A DNA stretch of 64,000 nucleotides from Planctomycetota bacterium (GTDB taxonomy: Bacteria; Planctomycetota; PLA2; JAEUHO01). The stretch is taken from assembly GCA_028281445.1 (NCBI GenBank), contig JANQJW010000007.1, forward strand, positions 92,694-156,693. The letters run 5' to 3'. Positions 47,214-56,773 of the stretch are shown here, piece by piece. The notes under the pieces were generated by a model that made no database searches, was not told the origin of the DNA, and was given only the letters and a program-made list of their open reading frames with translations. Positions within the stretch are counted from its first letter, which is position 1. Each line of letters starts with the position of its first letter. The translations under genes and the position numbers were made by a program.

Positions 47214-48398
47214 CTAGAGGCGCTCGACTAGGGCTGCCAGACCCAGGCCGCCGCTGATGCACAGCGTGGCGACGCCGCGCTTGACGTCGCGCTCGATCAT
47301 CGAGTGCAGGAGCGTCACGAGGATGCGTGCGCCGGTCGCACCGATCGGGTGGCCGAGCGCGATCGAGCCGCCGTCGACGTTGAGCTTCTCCTCGTCGATC
47401 CCCAACTCGCGGTTGCACGCCAACACCTGCGCCGCGAAGGCTTCGTTCAGCTCCCACAGGTCGATGTCGTCCGCCGAGAGGCCCGTCTTCTCGAAGAGCT
47501 TGCGCATCGCCGGTACCGGGCCGATGCCCATGACCTTCGGATCGACGCCGGCTTCGGTGTAGGCCACCAGACGCGCCATCGGTGTGACGCCGTGCTTCTC
47601 CGCGGCAGCCTGCGACAGGACCATGATGGCGGCCCCGCCGTCCGTGATGCCGCTCGAGTTGCCGGCGTGGACCGACCCCTCCTTGCGGAAGACCGCCGGG
47701 AGCTTGGCGAGCTTCTCGGCGACGACGCCGTCGCGGGCGTGCTCGTCCTCGTTGAAGGTCCACTCGCCCTTCTTGCGGTCCTTCAGCGGGATGCCGACCT
47801 TCTCCGCTTCGAAGCGGCCGCGCTTGCGTGCGGCCTCGGCGCGGTTCTGGCTCTGGGCCGCGTAGCGGTCCTGGTCGTCGCGGGTGATGTCGTACTGGTC
47901 GACGAGGTTCTCAGCCGTGGCGCCCATCAACTGGTCGGCGAGCATGCAGTGGAAGCCGTCCTGGTACATGCCGTCGATGACGCGGTCGTTGCCGAGGCGG
48001 TAGCCCCAGCGCGCGCGCGGCAGGAAGTAGGGCGTGTTCGACATGCTCTCCATGCCGCCGGCCAGCACGATGTCGGCCTGGCCGAGGCGGATGGCGTCCG
48101 CGCCCAGGAGCACGCTCTTGAGCGCGCTGCCGCAGGCCATGTTCACGGTCCAGGCGGGGCGCTCGACCGGGACGCCGGCGCGCACCGAGACCTGCCGGCC
48201 GGTGCCCGGGCCCTGCCCGGCCTGGCGGCCGTGGCCGAAGATCGTCTGGTCGACGGCGTCGGGGGCCAGGCCGGCGCGCTCCAGCGCCGCGGAGGCGGCC
48301 GCCACGCCGAGGTCGGGCGCCGAGAGGCCCGCCAGCGAGCCGCCGAACTTACCGATGGGCGTCCGCACGCCGCCTGCCAGGTAGATGTCGTCCGCCAT
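47214..48398 (-). CDS. acetyl-CoA C-acetyltransferase (thiolase II)
   Basis: The internal ATG at 48396-98 has GGAGAA upstream and begins '[20 protein letters not shown]'. Thiolase motifs 'VNMACGSAL', 'NEAFAAQ' and '[11 protein letters not shown]' are present. Confidence 0.9.
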   Translation of the reverse strand: MADDIYLAGGVRTPIGKFGGSLAGLSAPDLGVAAASAALERAGLAPDAVDQTIFGHGRQAGQGPGTGRQVSVRAGVPVERPAWTVNMACGSALKSVLLGADAIRLGQADIVLAGGMESMSNTPYFLPRARWGYRLGNDRVIDGMYQDGFHCMLADQLMGATAENLVDQYDITRDDQDRYAAQSQNRAEAARKRGRFEAEKVGIPLKDRKKGEWTFNEDEHARDGVVAEKLAKLPAVFRKEGSVHAGNSSGITDGGAAIMVLSQAAAEKHGVTPMARLVAYTEAGVDPKVMGIGPVPAMRKLFEKTGLSADDIDLWELNEAFAAQVLACNRELGIDEEKLNVDGGSIALGHPIGATGARILVTLLHSMIERDVKRGVATLCISGGLGLAALVERL

Positions 48399-48538
48399 GC
48401 CGTGTTCTCCGCCCCGCGGCCCGCGCACCGGTGCGCGACGGGGCTGCGGATCGTACCGGCCGCGCCCGGGCCGGCCTCCTTGTGGACGGGGGTGCACGAC
48501 GCTTGGCGGTCGCCCTGAGCCGGGTAGCCTTGCGCGCC

Positions 48539-49726
48539 ATGGCCGCGAAGAAGAAAGCCCCGGCGAAGAAGAAGGCGGCCAAGAAGAAGGCCGCGGCCAA
48601 GAAGAAGGCCGCGGCGGCCAAGAAGGCCGTAGCGAAGAAGAAGGCCGCCCCCCCGAAGAAGGCGGCTGCGAAGAAGAAGGCGGCCGAGGCGCCCCCGGTT
48701 CCCGCGGGCCCGAAGCCGGTCCCGCTGCCCAAGGTCCCCAAGATGCCGGCGCGCCGCAAGGACGGCGTCATCACGTTGGCATTCGGCGCCGAGTCGGACC
48801 AGGCCTTCATGGTGTACGCGCTTGCGATGGCCAAGGTCGACACCGAGGACCGGCGCTACGAGCTCGTCCGCACGGACATGCAGAAGCTCGACCACGCGGC
48901 GATGGACGGCAAGTACGACGTCACGGCGATCACGTACGGCGCCTACCCCTCCGTGCGCGCTCGCTACCTCGTGCTGAGCTGCGGCGGCAGCTACGGCGAC
49001 CACACGGGGCCCGTGCTGGTCGCGCGCAAGCCCATTCGTGCCGGCGAGGTGGATGGACTCGTCGTCGCCGTCCCCGGGGAGACATCCACCGCTGCGATCG
49101 CGTTGCGGTTGTGGCTCCCGCAGGCGGAGCTCGAGATGACTGCCATGCCGACGCGCGAGATCTCGCTGCGTATCCGCGCAGGCCACGTGCGCTCCGGGCT
49201 GCTCATCAACGAAGACCAGATCACGTATCGCAACCACAACCTCATGCGCGTCGTGGACCTGGGCCGCTGGTGGGGCGAGATGACCGAGGGGCTGCCGCTC
49301 GCACTCGGCACGAACGTCATCCGGCGGGACATCTCCTTCGAGGAACGCTCCAAGATCGCGCTCGATCTCAAGCGCTCCATCGCCTACGCCCTCGGCCATC
49401 GGGAAGAGGCGCTCGACTGGGCCATGCAGTACGCGGGCAACCTCGATCGCGACACACTCGACCGCTACATCGCTCGCTACGTCAACGATCTCTCGCTCGA
49501 CTGCGGCGAGCGCGGACGGCAGGCCGCGGGCCTCTTGTTCAAGGAAGCGCACCGTCTCGGCATCGTGCCTGACCTCCTCGAGCCCGTCTTCCACGGCGAT
49601 GAGGAGGCCGCTGCTGCGGCGGAGGAAGCGCGCAAGATCAAGGAGGCGAAGGCCGCCGCCGCCGCCAAAGCCAAGGCGAAGGCAGAAGCCGAGGCCGCCA
49701 AGCTCGCCGAAGAGGAAGGTCAGTAG
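48539..49726 (+). CDS. MqnA/MqnD-family (futalosine-pathway menaquinone biosynthesis, PBP-like fold) protein with N- and C-terminal Ala/Lys-rich histone-H1-like tails
   Basis: ATG at 48539. It begins with (AKKKA)n for about 50 aa, then 'VITLAFGAESDQAFMVYAL...LSCGGSYGDHTGPVLV...DLGRWWGEMTEGLPLALGTNVIRRD', and ends with a KA-rich tail. Confidence 0.65.
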   Translation: MAAKKKAPAKKKAAKKKAAAKKKAAAAKKAVAKKKAAPPKKAAAKKKAAEAPPVPAGPKPVPLPKVPKMPARRKDGVITLAFGAESDQAFMVYALAMAKVDTEDRRYELVRTDMQKLDHAAMDGKYDVTAITYGAYPSVRARYLVLSCGGSYGDHTGPVLVARKPIRAGEVDGLVVAVPGETSTAAIALRLWLPQAELEMTAMPTREISLRIRAGHVRSGLLINEDQITYRNHNLMRVVDLGRWWGEMTEGLPLALGTNVIRRDISFEERSKIALDLKRSIAYALGHREEALDWAMQYAGNLDRDTLDRYIARYVNDLSLDCGERGRQAAGLLFKEAHRLGIVPDLLEPVFHGDEEAAAAAEEARKIKEAKAAAAAKAKAKAEAEAAKLAEEEGQ

Positions 49727-49815
49727 GGGCGACCCTTGTGGTCGCCCCACAACGGGTTCCGCGGATCAGAGCGGTCCCTGTCCGGGCGGCCCTTGTGGCC
49801 GCCCCCTCCCCGCTA
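49724..49815. repeat. MITE-like repeat, truncated copy 2 (left TIR hairpin plus second hairpin only; flanked by TA)
   Basis: 'TA-GGGGCGACCCTTGTGGTCGCCCC...GGGCGGCCCTTGTGGCCGCCCC-CTCCCCGC-TA'. The left TA+G forms the TAG stop of 48539..49726, and the right TA lies in the stop (CTA) of the kbl-like gene. Confidence 0.65.
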
Positions 49816-51021
49816 CGCCGGCGACGATGCCAGGACGCCGAGGTCCCGTCCGACCTTCGTGAACGCGGCGATCGCCGTGTCGATGTCTTCCGTGGTGTGC
49901 GCCGCAGAGATCTGCACGCGGATGCGCGCCTGGCCCTTCGGCACCACGGGGTACGAGAAGCCGATCACGTAGATGCCCTCGGCGAGCATCGCGTCGGCCA
50001 TCTGGACGCTCAGCCGCGCGTCCCCGAGCATGATCGGAACAATCGGATGCACGCCGGGGCGGATGTCGAAGCCCGCCGCCGTCATGCCCGCGCGGAAGCG
50101 TTCGGTGTTGGCCTCCAGCTTGTCGCGCAGCTCCGTCGTGGCGGTGAGCAGGTCCATGCACGCCATTGAGGCGGCAACGATGGGCGGAGCCAGCGAGTTG
50201 CTGAAGAGATACGGGCGCGAGCGCTGGCGGAGCAGCGAGACGATCTCCTGCTTCGACGCCGTGAACCCGCCCGACGCGCCGCCGAGCGCCTTGCCAAGGG
50301 TCGACGTGATGATGTCGATGCGGTCCATCACGCCGCAGTGCTCGGGCGTGCCGCGTCCGGTCTTGCCGATGAAGCCTGTTGCGTGCGAGTCGTCGACCAT
50401 GACCATCGCGCCGAACTTCTCGGCGCGATCGCAGACTTCCTCGAGCTTGGCGATGTCGCCGTCCATCGAGAACACGCCGTCCGTGGCGACCATGATGCGC
50501 CGGGCGCCGGCTTCCTGGGCTTCGGTCAGCTTCGCCTCGAGGTCGTCCATGTCGTCATGCGCGTACCGGAAGCGCTTGGCCTTGCAGAGACGCACGCCGT
50601 CGATGATCGAGGCGTGGTTCAGAGACGCGGAGACGATGGCATCCTCAGGCCCTAGCAGGACCTCGAAGAGGCCGCCGTTGGCGTCGAAGCAGCTGCTGTA
50701 GAGGATCGCATCTTCCTGGCCGACGAAGTCGGCGAGCTTCTGCTCGAGCTCCGTGTGCCGGTCCGTGGTTCCGCAGATGAAGCGCACCGACGACATGCCG
50801 TAGCCGCGGTCGTCGAGCGAAGCGCGGACCGCATCTTCGAGAGCCGGGTGGTCCGAGAGGCCGAGGTAGTTGTTGGCGCAGAAGTTCAACACCTCCTGCC
50901 CGCCTGACACGCGGATGTGCGCGCCCTGCGGCGTCACGATCCGGCGCTCGTTCTTTGTCAGTCCGGCGGCCTCGATCTCGTCGAGCTCGGCCTGGAAGCC
51001 TGCGCGCACGTTGTCGTACAT
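49813..51021 (-). CDS. kbl: glycine C-acetyltransferase (2-amino-3-ketobutyrate CoA ligase) / 8-amino-7-oxononanoate synthase family
   Basis: The internal ATG at 51019-21 has AAGGAG upstream and begins '[21 protein letters not shown]'. It has the PLP-lysine region '[12 protein letters not shown]' and is Kbl-like throughout. Confidence 0.8.
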   Translation of the reverse strand: MYDNVRAGFQAELDEIEAAGLTKNERRIVTPQGAHIRVSGGQEVLNFCANNYLGLSDHPALEDAVRASLDDRGYGMSSVRFICGTTDRHTELEQKLADFVGQEDAILYSSCFDANGGLFEVLLGPEDAIVSASLNHASIIDGVRLCKAKRFRYAHDDMDDLEAKLTEAQEAGARRIMVATDGVFSMDGDIAKLEEVCDRAEKFGAMVMVDDSHATGFIGKTGRGTPEHCGVMDRIDIITSTLGKALGGASGGFTASKQEIVSLLRQRSRPYLFSNSLAPPIVAASMACMDLLTATTELRDKLEANTERFRAGMTAAGFDIRPGVHPIVPIMLGDARLSVQMADAMLAEGIYVIGFSYPVVPKGQARIRVQISAAHTTEDIDTAIAAFTKVGRDLGVLASSPA

Positions 51022-51107
51022 CGGTTCGCTCCTTGAGTTCGGGCCTACCTTAGCCCCGCCCGAGCGGCGGTGCACCTCACGAGACGAGCCGCCTCCGGGC
51101 GGCTACA

Positions 51108-52553
51108 TTGATGCCCATGCGGGCTCGTCTCCTCGTTCTCATCCTGCTGTTGTGCGCGGGCGGTCCCATCGCGTACGCCGACGACACGAAGGAGGTGCGC
51201 AAGGCGTTCCGCGAGGCGCTCAAGACCGAGGACTGGAAGACACGGCGCGAGGCCTACTACGTGCTCTCCGACTACGACGGCAAGGCCGTCGTGGAGGAGG
51301 TCCTGTCTGCCATGACCAAGGAGAAGAACCCCGCGGTCGTCCTCACGGCCATCAAGGTGCTGGCGGGCTTCGAGTCCCTGGAGGCGCAGGAGGCCCTCGT
51401 TCACACGCTTCGCAAGGGGCGCGGCGCGAAGAAGACGTTCGTGCTTCTGGCGTTGACGCGCCAGCGTGGCGACAAGGCCAACGACATCCTGCTCGAGACC
51501 CTCGCTGGCAAGGACGCGACATCGGCCGCGCAGGCGGCGCTCGCGCTCGGCAAGAAGCAGGTCGAGGCCGCCGTGCCCGCCCTGGTCGCGAAGCTCAAGC
51601 ACAAGGACTGGCAGCTGCGCGCGGCGGCGGCTCGCGGTCTACGTTCCCTGGCCCAGCCCCCGCCGCCCAAGCCGCGGCCCGGCGCGTCGCCCGCCGAGAT
51701 CGCCAAGCTCCCGAAGAAGATGCCCGTGCCGGACTTCATGAAGGAGCCCTCCATCTCGCAAGCCCTGCTCGCGAGCTTGCAGATGTCCAAGGGCAGCGAG
51801 CGCGGCGCCGTCATCGCGACGCTCGAGGCCATCCACGAGAAGGAGTACGGCCTCAACATCGATGCGTGGAAGAAGGTGCTCGCCGGCGAAGAGGTCGACA
51901 AGCGCACGCTTCGCAAGCGCAAGTACCCGCCGCACATCTACGGCATCCCCATCTATGGCCGCCGGATCGTGCTCGTCCTCGACAACAGCTTGCGCACGGG
52001 CGACCCGCACCGATTCGGCAGCGGCGCGCGGATGCGCGAGCTCTGCGAGGTGCCCGGCGGCCGGGCGCTGCTCGGGTCCCGCTTGCGGACCGTGCGGCAG
52101 TTCTCCGCCGCGCACTACAAGCGCTGCATCAGCGACATGCCGAAGGACGTGAAGTTCGAGCTGCTCATCTACGACGAGGTCGTGAAGCCGGTCTTTGGCA
52201 AGCTCACATCCGCCAACGGCGGCACCAAGAAGCTCGCCCACCAGACCATCGAAGAGGCCAAGGCCGACAACGGGATCGCGACGTTCCCGGCGCTTACCCA
52301 GGCGCTGGACATCTCGGGCGCGAAGGACAGCGCGGCCTGGAAGAAGGGGCCGGACGAGATCGTGTTCGTGACCTCGAACGTGCCCACCGCCGGCGAGATC
52401 ACGGACGCCGACGTCGTCGGGGCCGCCATCGCCATGAAGGCGCGACTGCGGATGGTGCCCATCCACACCATCGGGATCGAGACGCACCCCTACGACATGC
52501 TGCGGCAGATCGCGGAAGAAACCGGGGCTACGTACCGCAACTATTACGAATAG
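51108..52553 (+). CDS. secreted HEAT-repeat protein with C-terminal vWA-like domain
   Basis: 481 aa with a signal peptide, PBS-lyase-type HEAT repeats ('DWKTRREAYYVL', 'DWQLRAAAARGL'), and a C-terminal alpha/beta region 'IVLVLDNS'. Confidence 0.7.
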   Translation: MMPMRARLLVLILLLCAGGPIAYADDTKEVRKAFREALKTEDWKTRREAYYVLSDYDGKAVVEEVLSAMTKEKNPAVVLTAIKVLAGFESLEAQEALVHTLRKGRGAKKTFVLLALTRQRGDKANDILLETLAGKDATSAAQAALALGKKQVEAAVPALVAKLKHKDWQLRAAAARGLRSLAQPPPPKPRPGASPAEIAKLPKKMPVPDFMKEPSISQALLASLQMSKGSERGAVIATLEAIHEKEYGLNIDAWKKVLAGEEVDKRTLRKRKYPPHIYGIPIYGRRIVLVLDNSLRTGDPHRFGSGARMRELCEVPGGRALLGSRLRTVRQFSAAHYKRCISDMPKDVKFELLIYDEVVKPVFGKLTSANGGTKKLAHQTIEEAKADNGIATFPALTQALDISGAKDSAAWKKGPDEIVFVTSNVPTAGEITDADVVGAAIAMKARLRMVPIHTIGIETHPYDMLRQIAEETGATYRNYYE

Positions 52554-52623
52554 CCCGCGCGGCGGGCGGGTTGCCCGGGACCCCAATGGTACGATTCGGG
52601 CCTGTCCGATTCGGAGGGCTGCC

Positions 52624-53508
52624 ATGCCGCGCCTACGTACGTGTTCGATCTTCCTTTCGCTGCTCGCGCTCGTTTTCGCTGCCCCCGCGTGGGCGGAGGA
52701 GAAGAAGCCCGCGCCGCCGCCGGAGGTGGACTCCGAGGAAGACGCCGCCGAGGCGCTGGCTGTCTTCAAGACCGCCATCAAGGCCAAGGGGCTGAAGGGC
52801 GACGACAAGATCGCCGAGCAGGCACATCAGATCCGCGTCCTCGCGGAGGTGCAGCATCCGAAGGTCGTCGCCGCGCTGCTGAAGACGACCAAGCACCGGA
52901 CCCCCGAAGTCCGCACCGAGGCCGTCCTGCAGCTCGGTACGCAGCGCGCGTGCCCCGGCATCGCCGGCAAGGCTGTCCTCGCCGCGATGAAGAAGAACGA
53001 GAAGGACGACACCTTCACGATGGCGGGCCTCGAGTCCATCGGTGCGCTCGAGTACCTCGGCGCCAAGGACCGGCTGCGCGAGCTGATGAAGCACAACGAG
53101 TACGCGGTCGTGAAGAACGCCCTCGTCACCATCGGCAAGCTCAAGGACACGCGCTTCATCGAGGACATCATCAAGTTGATGAAGAAGCTGAAGCTCGAGA
53201 AGGGCGCGAAGTGGGACGGCGTCGAGGTGACCTACGACACGGGCACCGCAGGTACGCACGATCAGGAGATGGCCGAGAAGATCGGCAAGGAGAAGGAAGC
53301 GAAGAACCGGGGTAAGGGCAAGCGCGCCGCTCGAAGCATGCGCGACCTGGGCCCGGTCGTCCTGCAGGTCGCCAAGGACCTGACCGGCCAGGAGTTCTCG
53401 GGGTCGATCTCCGCCCGCAAGTGGGCTGACAAGAACAAGAAGCAGATCACCGACTGGAACAAGCGCGACGATCAGCGCGAGAAGAACCAGAAGGAGATGG
53501 GCAAGTAG
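52624..53508 (+). CDS. secreted HEAT-repeat protein
   Basis: 294 aa with a signal peptide, HEAT-like repeats and a Lys/Glu-rich C-terminus. Its stop codon is formed by the MITE left end. Confidence 0.65.
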   Translation: MPRLRTCSIFLSLLALVFAAPAWAEEKKPAPPPEVDSEEDAAEALAVFKTAIKAKGLKGDDKIAEQAHQIRVLAEVQHPKVVAALLKTTKHRTPEVRTEAVLQLGTQRACPGIAGKAVLAAMKKNEKDDTFTMAGLESIGALEYLGAKDRLRELMKHNEYAVVKNALVTIGKLKDTRFIEDIIKLMKKLKLEKGAKWDGVEVTYDTGTAGTHDQEMAEKIGKEKEAKNRGKGKRAARSMRDLGPVVLQVAKDLTGQEFSGSISARKWADKNKKQITDWNKRDDQREKNQKEMGK

Positions 53509-53683
53509 GGGCGACCCTTGTGGTCGCCCCGCGACGCGTTCCGCGAATCAGGGCGCGTCCTGTCCGGGCAGCCCTTGTGGCTGCCCCGCTTCCCGTACCC
53601 GCGGGCGGGCACAAGGCCCGCGCCTACGGGGATCCACCTCGACGTAGCGCGAGCTGATGGGGCGACCACAAGGGTCGCCCCTA
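53506..53683. repeat. MITE-like structured repeat, full copy 3
   Basis: Same TIRs and hairpins as copy 1. TA+G supplies the TAG of 52624..53508 and C+TA supplies the stop (CTA) of the minus-strand ferredoxin gene, leaving a 0-bp spacer between the convergent genes. Confidence 0.8.
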
Positions 53684-53917
53684 CTCCTCTCCGTCCTCGC
53701 CGATCGCTTCCACCGGGCACCCCTCGAGGGCCTCGCGGCAAAGCTCCACGTCCGCATCGTCCTTGGGCTGCGCGTGCACGAACGAGTACCCCTTGTCGTC
53801 GTTGCGCGTGAAGAAGTCGGGCGCCGTCTCGCGGCAGGCATCGCAGTCGATGCACTGGTCGTCGACGTAGAAGGTGCCGGGCACGTTCTCGGGGAGCTTG
53901 TTGTCCTTGTCGGCCAC
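53681..53917 (-). CDS. 4Fe-4S ferredoxin (small, about 78 aa)
   Basis: The ORF-track 151-aa ORF has an Arg-rich N-terminus. A GTG at 53915-17 with GGAAAGGAA upstream gives 'VADKDNKLPENVPGTFYVDDQCIDCDACRETAP...CPVEAI'. Confidence 0.7.
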   Translation of the reverse strand: MADKDNKLPENVPGTFYVDDQCIDCDACRETAPDFFTRNDDKGYSFVHAQPKDDADVELCREALEGCPVEAIGEDGEE

Positions 53918-53976
53918 GGGTGCCTGGTTCCTTTCCTGGCGCTGGCGCCCCAAGGTACAGAAGCGGGGGGCCCGCG

Positions 53977-54192
53977 CTACTTCGGTCCGCGTGCGAGTAC
54001 GGCGGACGCGGCGAGAACGAGGCCGAACAGCACGCAAGCGCCGCCGATCGACCACAGCAGCACCTGCGGACGCCAGATGACCGCGACGCCGTAGCCGGCC
54101 ACGACAGCGCCGCCTGCCAGCATCCACAGGCGCCACCGCAGCGAGCGGCCGCCCCCGCTCCAGGCGGGCTCGGGCTCGCCTCCGTTCACTCG
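53977..54192 (-). CDS. possible small two-TM membrane protein (about 71 aa), translationally coupled to the carbamoyltransferase gene
   Basis: This is the C-terminal tail of ORF 53977..55713: '...RLWMLAGGAVVAGYGVAVIWRPQVLLWSIGGACVLFGLVLAASAVLARGPK'. A GTG lies 2 nt after the upstream stop. Low confidence. Confidence 0.3.
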   Translation of the reverse strand, partial: RVNGGEPEPAWSGGGRSLRWRLWMLAGGAVVAGYGVAVIWRPQVLLWSIGGACVLFGLVLAASAVLARGPK

Positions 54193-55223
54193 ACCCCCAG
54201 CACCGAGGTGAAGAGTGCGCGCTGGATGTGCAGCCGGTTGCCCGCCTGCGGGACGACGAGGCTGCCCGCCGCGTCCACGACCGCGTCGTCCGCCTCCACG
54301 TTGCGCCGGATCGGCATGGCGTGCATGAAACGCGCGTCGTTGGTGCGATCCATGAGCTCCGACGTGACGCGGCGGTCGCGATGCGACTCGCGTCGCTCCT
54401 TCTCCGCTTCCGCGCGGCCGTGCAGGTCGAGGCTTCCCCAGGACGCCGCGTAGACGACGTCCGCGCCCTCGGCGGCGGCCATGGGATCGTCGACGAAGCG
54501 CAGCTCGCTGCCGGTGCTCGCCGCCGTGTGCCGCAGCGTGGTCATGACGCCTTGGTCGAGCGGGTACCCCTCGGGATGAGCCACGGCGAGGTCCATGCCC
54601 AGCTTGCAGGCCATGACGCTCACACCGTGCGGCACGGCGAGCGGGCGGGCCTTGGGGTGATACGTCCACACGAGCGCCATGCACTTGCCTCGCAGCTCCC
54701 CAAGCTCCTCCTCCAGCGTGAGCGCGTCGCCCCAGGCCTGGCACGGGTGATCGAGCACGCTCTCCATGTTGAAGATCGGGACCGTCGCGTACTTCTGGAA
54801 GGAGACGATCACCCGGTCGCGCCGTTCGCGTGCCCAGTCGCCGCCGCGCGCAAGAGCACGGATCGCGATGACGTCGGCGTACTCGGAGAGCACGCGCGCG
54901 GCATCCTTGATGTGCTCGTCGGCGAGCCCGTCCATCACCGCACCGTCCCGGATCTCGAGCGGCCAGAGGTCGCGCTCCGCGGATAGGTCGATGACCGTCC
55001 CGCCGAGCGTCGTGAAGGCGATCGCGAACGACGCCCGCGTGCGCAGCGACGGATCGAAGAACACCATCGCGAGGGAGCGGCCGCGAAGCGGCGCCTCGAA
55101 GCCCTCTGCTTTCAGGCTGCGGGCCCGTGCCACGACGGCGCGGATCTCCTCCTCGGAGAAGGTGCTCAGGCTCACAACGTCGCGTCCCTGGATCAGGGCC
55201 GACCCGGTCTTTACGTTGCTCAT
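54186..55223 (-). CDS. aspartate/ornithine carbamoyltransferase family protein (possibly acyl-ornithine type)
   Basis: 345 aa with the carbamoyl-phosphate motif 'SLRTR' and an 'HPCQ' (HPxQ) motif. Confidence 0.8.
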   Translation of the reverse strand: MSNVKTGSALIQGRDVVSLSTFSEEEIRAVVARARSLKAEGFEAPLRGRSLAMVFFDPSLRTRASFAIAFTTLGGTVIDLSAERDLWPLEIRDGAVMDGLADEHIKDAARVLSEYADVIAIRALARGGDWARERRDRVIVSFQKYATVPIFNMESVLDHPCQAWGDALTLEEELGELRGKCMALVWTYHPKARPLAVPHGVSVMACKLGMDLAVAHPEGYPLDQGVMTTLRHTAASTGSELRFVDDPMAAAEGADVVYAASWGSLDLHGRAEAEKERRESHRDRRVTSELMDRTNDARFMHAMPIRRNVEADDAVVDAAGSLVVPQAGNRLHIQRALFTSVLGVE

Positions 55224-55483
55224 GGGCGGGCAGCGTACCGCCCGCCCCCCGCGGTCGTCGCCTCGGGACCCAGCCCTCGGAGTCCGGCGGGCTCAAATCC
55301 CTGGAGATGGGGCTCTGGGCGGCAGGCCCGGAGCCGAGGGCGATTTGTTCACAAAGTATGAAGGCGTTTCCGCGAGTCGCTTGCCGGAGTGCGGTGACAG
55401 GCCCTAGTGTCCTACGTGCGGCGACTCTCTGGAGAAGAGGGGAAGAGGTTGCCGGGGTGCCGAGTGCGGGGGATCTTGGTGCC

Positions 55484-56773
55484 ATGCATCGCCCGGGGGC
55501 TAACGACAGCGGTCCGAACGACGAGTCGGGCGGGGGCGACGCCGACCAGGCCCGGAACGAGGCATCTGCGGCGTCCGGCGACGAGGCCTCGGTCCCCGAC
55601 CGCCTGCTCGACCCGCGGACCCAGGCGCAGGTCCTGCGCGCGCACAAGCTCGAGAGCGTGGGGCAGCTGGCCGCAGGCGTAGCGCACGACTTCAACAACA
55701 TCCTCGGCGTCATTCTCGGCTACGTCGAGCTTGCCCGGATGAACATGGAGGGCGTCGACGCGAAGGTGCATCGCCACCTCGATCTCGCCTTGTCGACGCT
55801 CGGGCGCGCACGCGCGCTGGCCGATCGACTGCTCGACTTCACGCGCGAAGAGGACCGGGCGGCTGACCTCTGCGACCTCAACGAAGCCGTGCAGGAGGTG
55901 CGCGAGCTGCTCGCCGAGACCCTCGATCGTCGGATCAAGTTCGAGGTCAACCTCGGCGGGAACCTGCCGCCGCCGCCGCTCGACGCCGACTCCTTGCGGC
56001 AGGTCGTGACGAACCTCTGCCTGAACGCAGCGGACGCGATGCCGGAAGGCGGTCGCGTGATCGTCGACACGTTCCGTCGCGAGGTCCAGCCCGGCGGATT
56101 GCCCGAGCTGCCTCCGGGGATCTACTCGGGCCTGCGCGTGCGCGACACCGGACCGGGGGTGCCGCTCGACCAGCGGGAGCGCGTCTTCCAGCCGTACTAC
56201 ACGTCCCGGCCCGGCAAGCACAGCGGCATGGGGCTCTGGGTAGTGCGAGGGCTCGTGGAGAAGTACGACGGCCGGATCGACGTCGGCGGCGACGAACACG
56301 GCGCGGTGTTTACGGTGTGGCTGCCTTCCGAGCTCCACGTCTGGGAGCGCAACGCCGAGGTGAACGGCGAGGCCGTGGAGACTGCGGAGGACTCCATCGA
56401 CGTGCTCATCGTGGACGACGAACCCGGTGTGCGCGATATCACGCGCGCGTTTCTCGAGATGGACGGCTATCGCGTGCTCGAGGCGGAGACGGGGCGTGAC
56501 GCCCTCGTCACGCTGCGCGCGCGTCCCGGCGGCGTGCGCGTCGTGTTCCTCGATCACCTCTTGCCCGACATCCAGGGTTCGGAGCTCGCCTGGCAGATCG
56601 ACCGCATGGACAGTGCCCCGCAGGTCGTGATGGTGACGGGCATGCCCGATGCGGCGTCCGGGCAGGAGCTCCCGGCCGGTACGCGTGTGCTCGCCAAGCC
56701 GTTCCTCCACGCCGACGTCACCAAGCTGCTGCGCGACGACCTCGGCATCGAGCCCGTTGAGGCCCGCGTCTGA
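55484..56773 (+). CDS. soluble hybrid sensor histidine kinase (HisKA-HATPase_c-REC), with no TM or sensor domain
   Basis: The C-terminal about 430 aa of ORF 55127..56773. It has the H-box 'VAHDFNNIL', HATPase motifs, and a C-terminal receiver 'VLIVDDEPGVRD...FLDHLLPDIQG'. The start is uncertain (ATG 55484 or GTG about 55457). Confidence 0.75.
   Translation: MHRPGANDSGPNDESGGGDADQARNEASAASGDEASVPDRLLDPRTQAQVLRAHKLESVGQLAAGVAHDFNNILGVILGYVELARMNMEGVDAKVHRHLDLALSTLGRARALADRLLDFTREEDRAADLCDLNEAVQEVRELLAETLDRRIKFEVNLGGNLPPPPLDADSLRQVVTNLCLNAADAMPEGGRVIVDTFRREVQPGGLPELPPGIYSGLRVRDTGPGVPLDQRERVFQPYYTSRPGKHSGMGLWVVRGLVEKYDGRIDVGGDEHGAVFTVWLPSELHVWERNAEVNGEAVETAEDSIDVLIVDDEPGVRDITRAFLEMDGYRVLEAETGRDALVTLRARPGGVRVVFLDHLLPDIQGSELAWQIDRMDSAPQVVMVTGMPDAASGQELPAGTRVLAKPFLHADVTKLLRDDLGIEPVEARV

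Noticed and set aside
39461-53683. Repeated palindromic elements considered as a CRISPR array
   Set aside because: The copies are kilobases apart. Each is a complex 90-175-bp unit with TIRs and several different hairpins rather than short identical direct repeats with unique spacers. No cas genes are present
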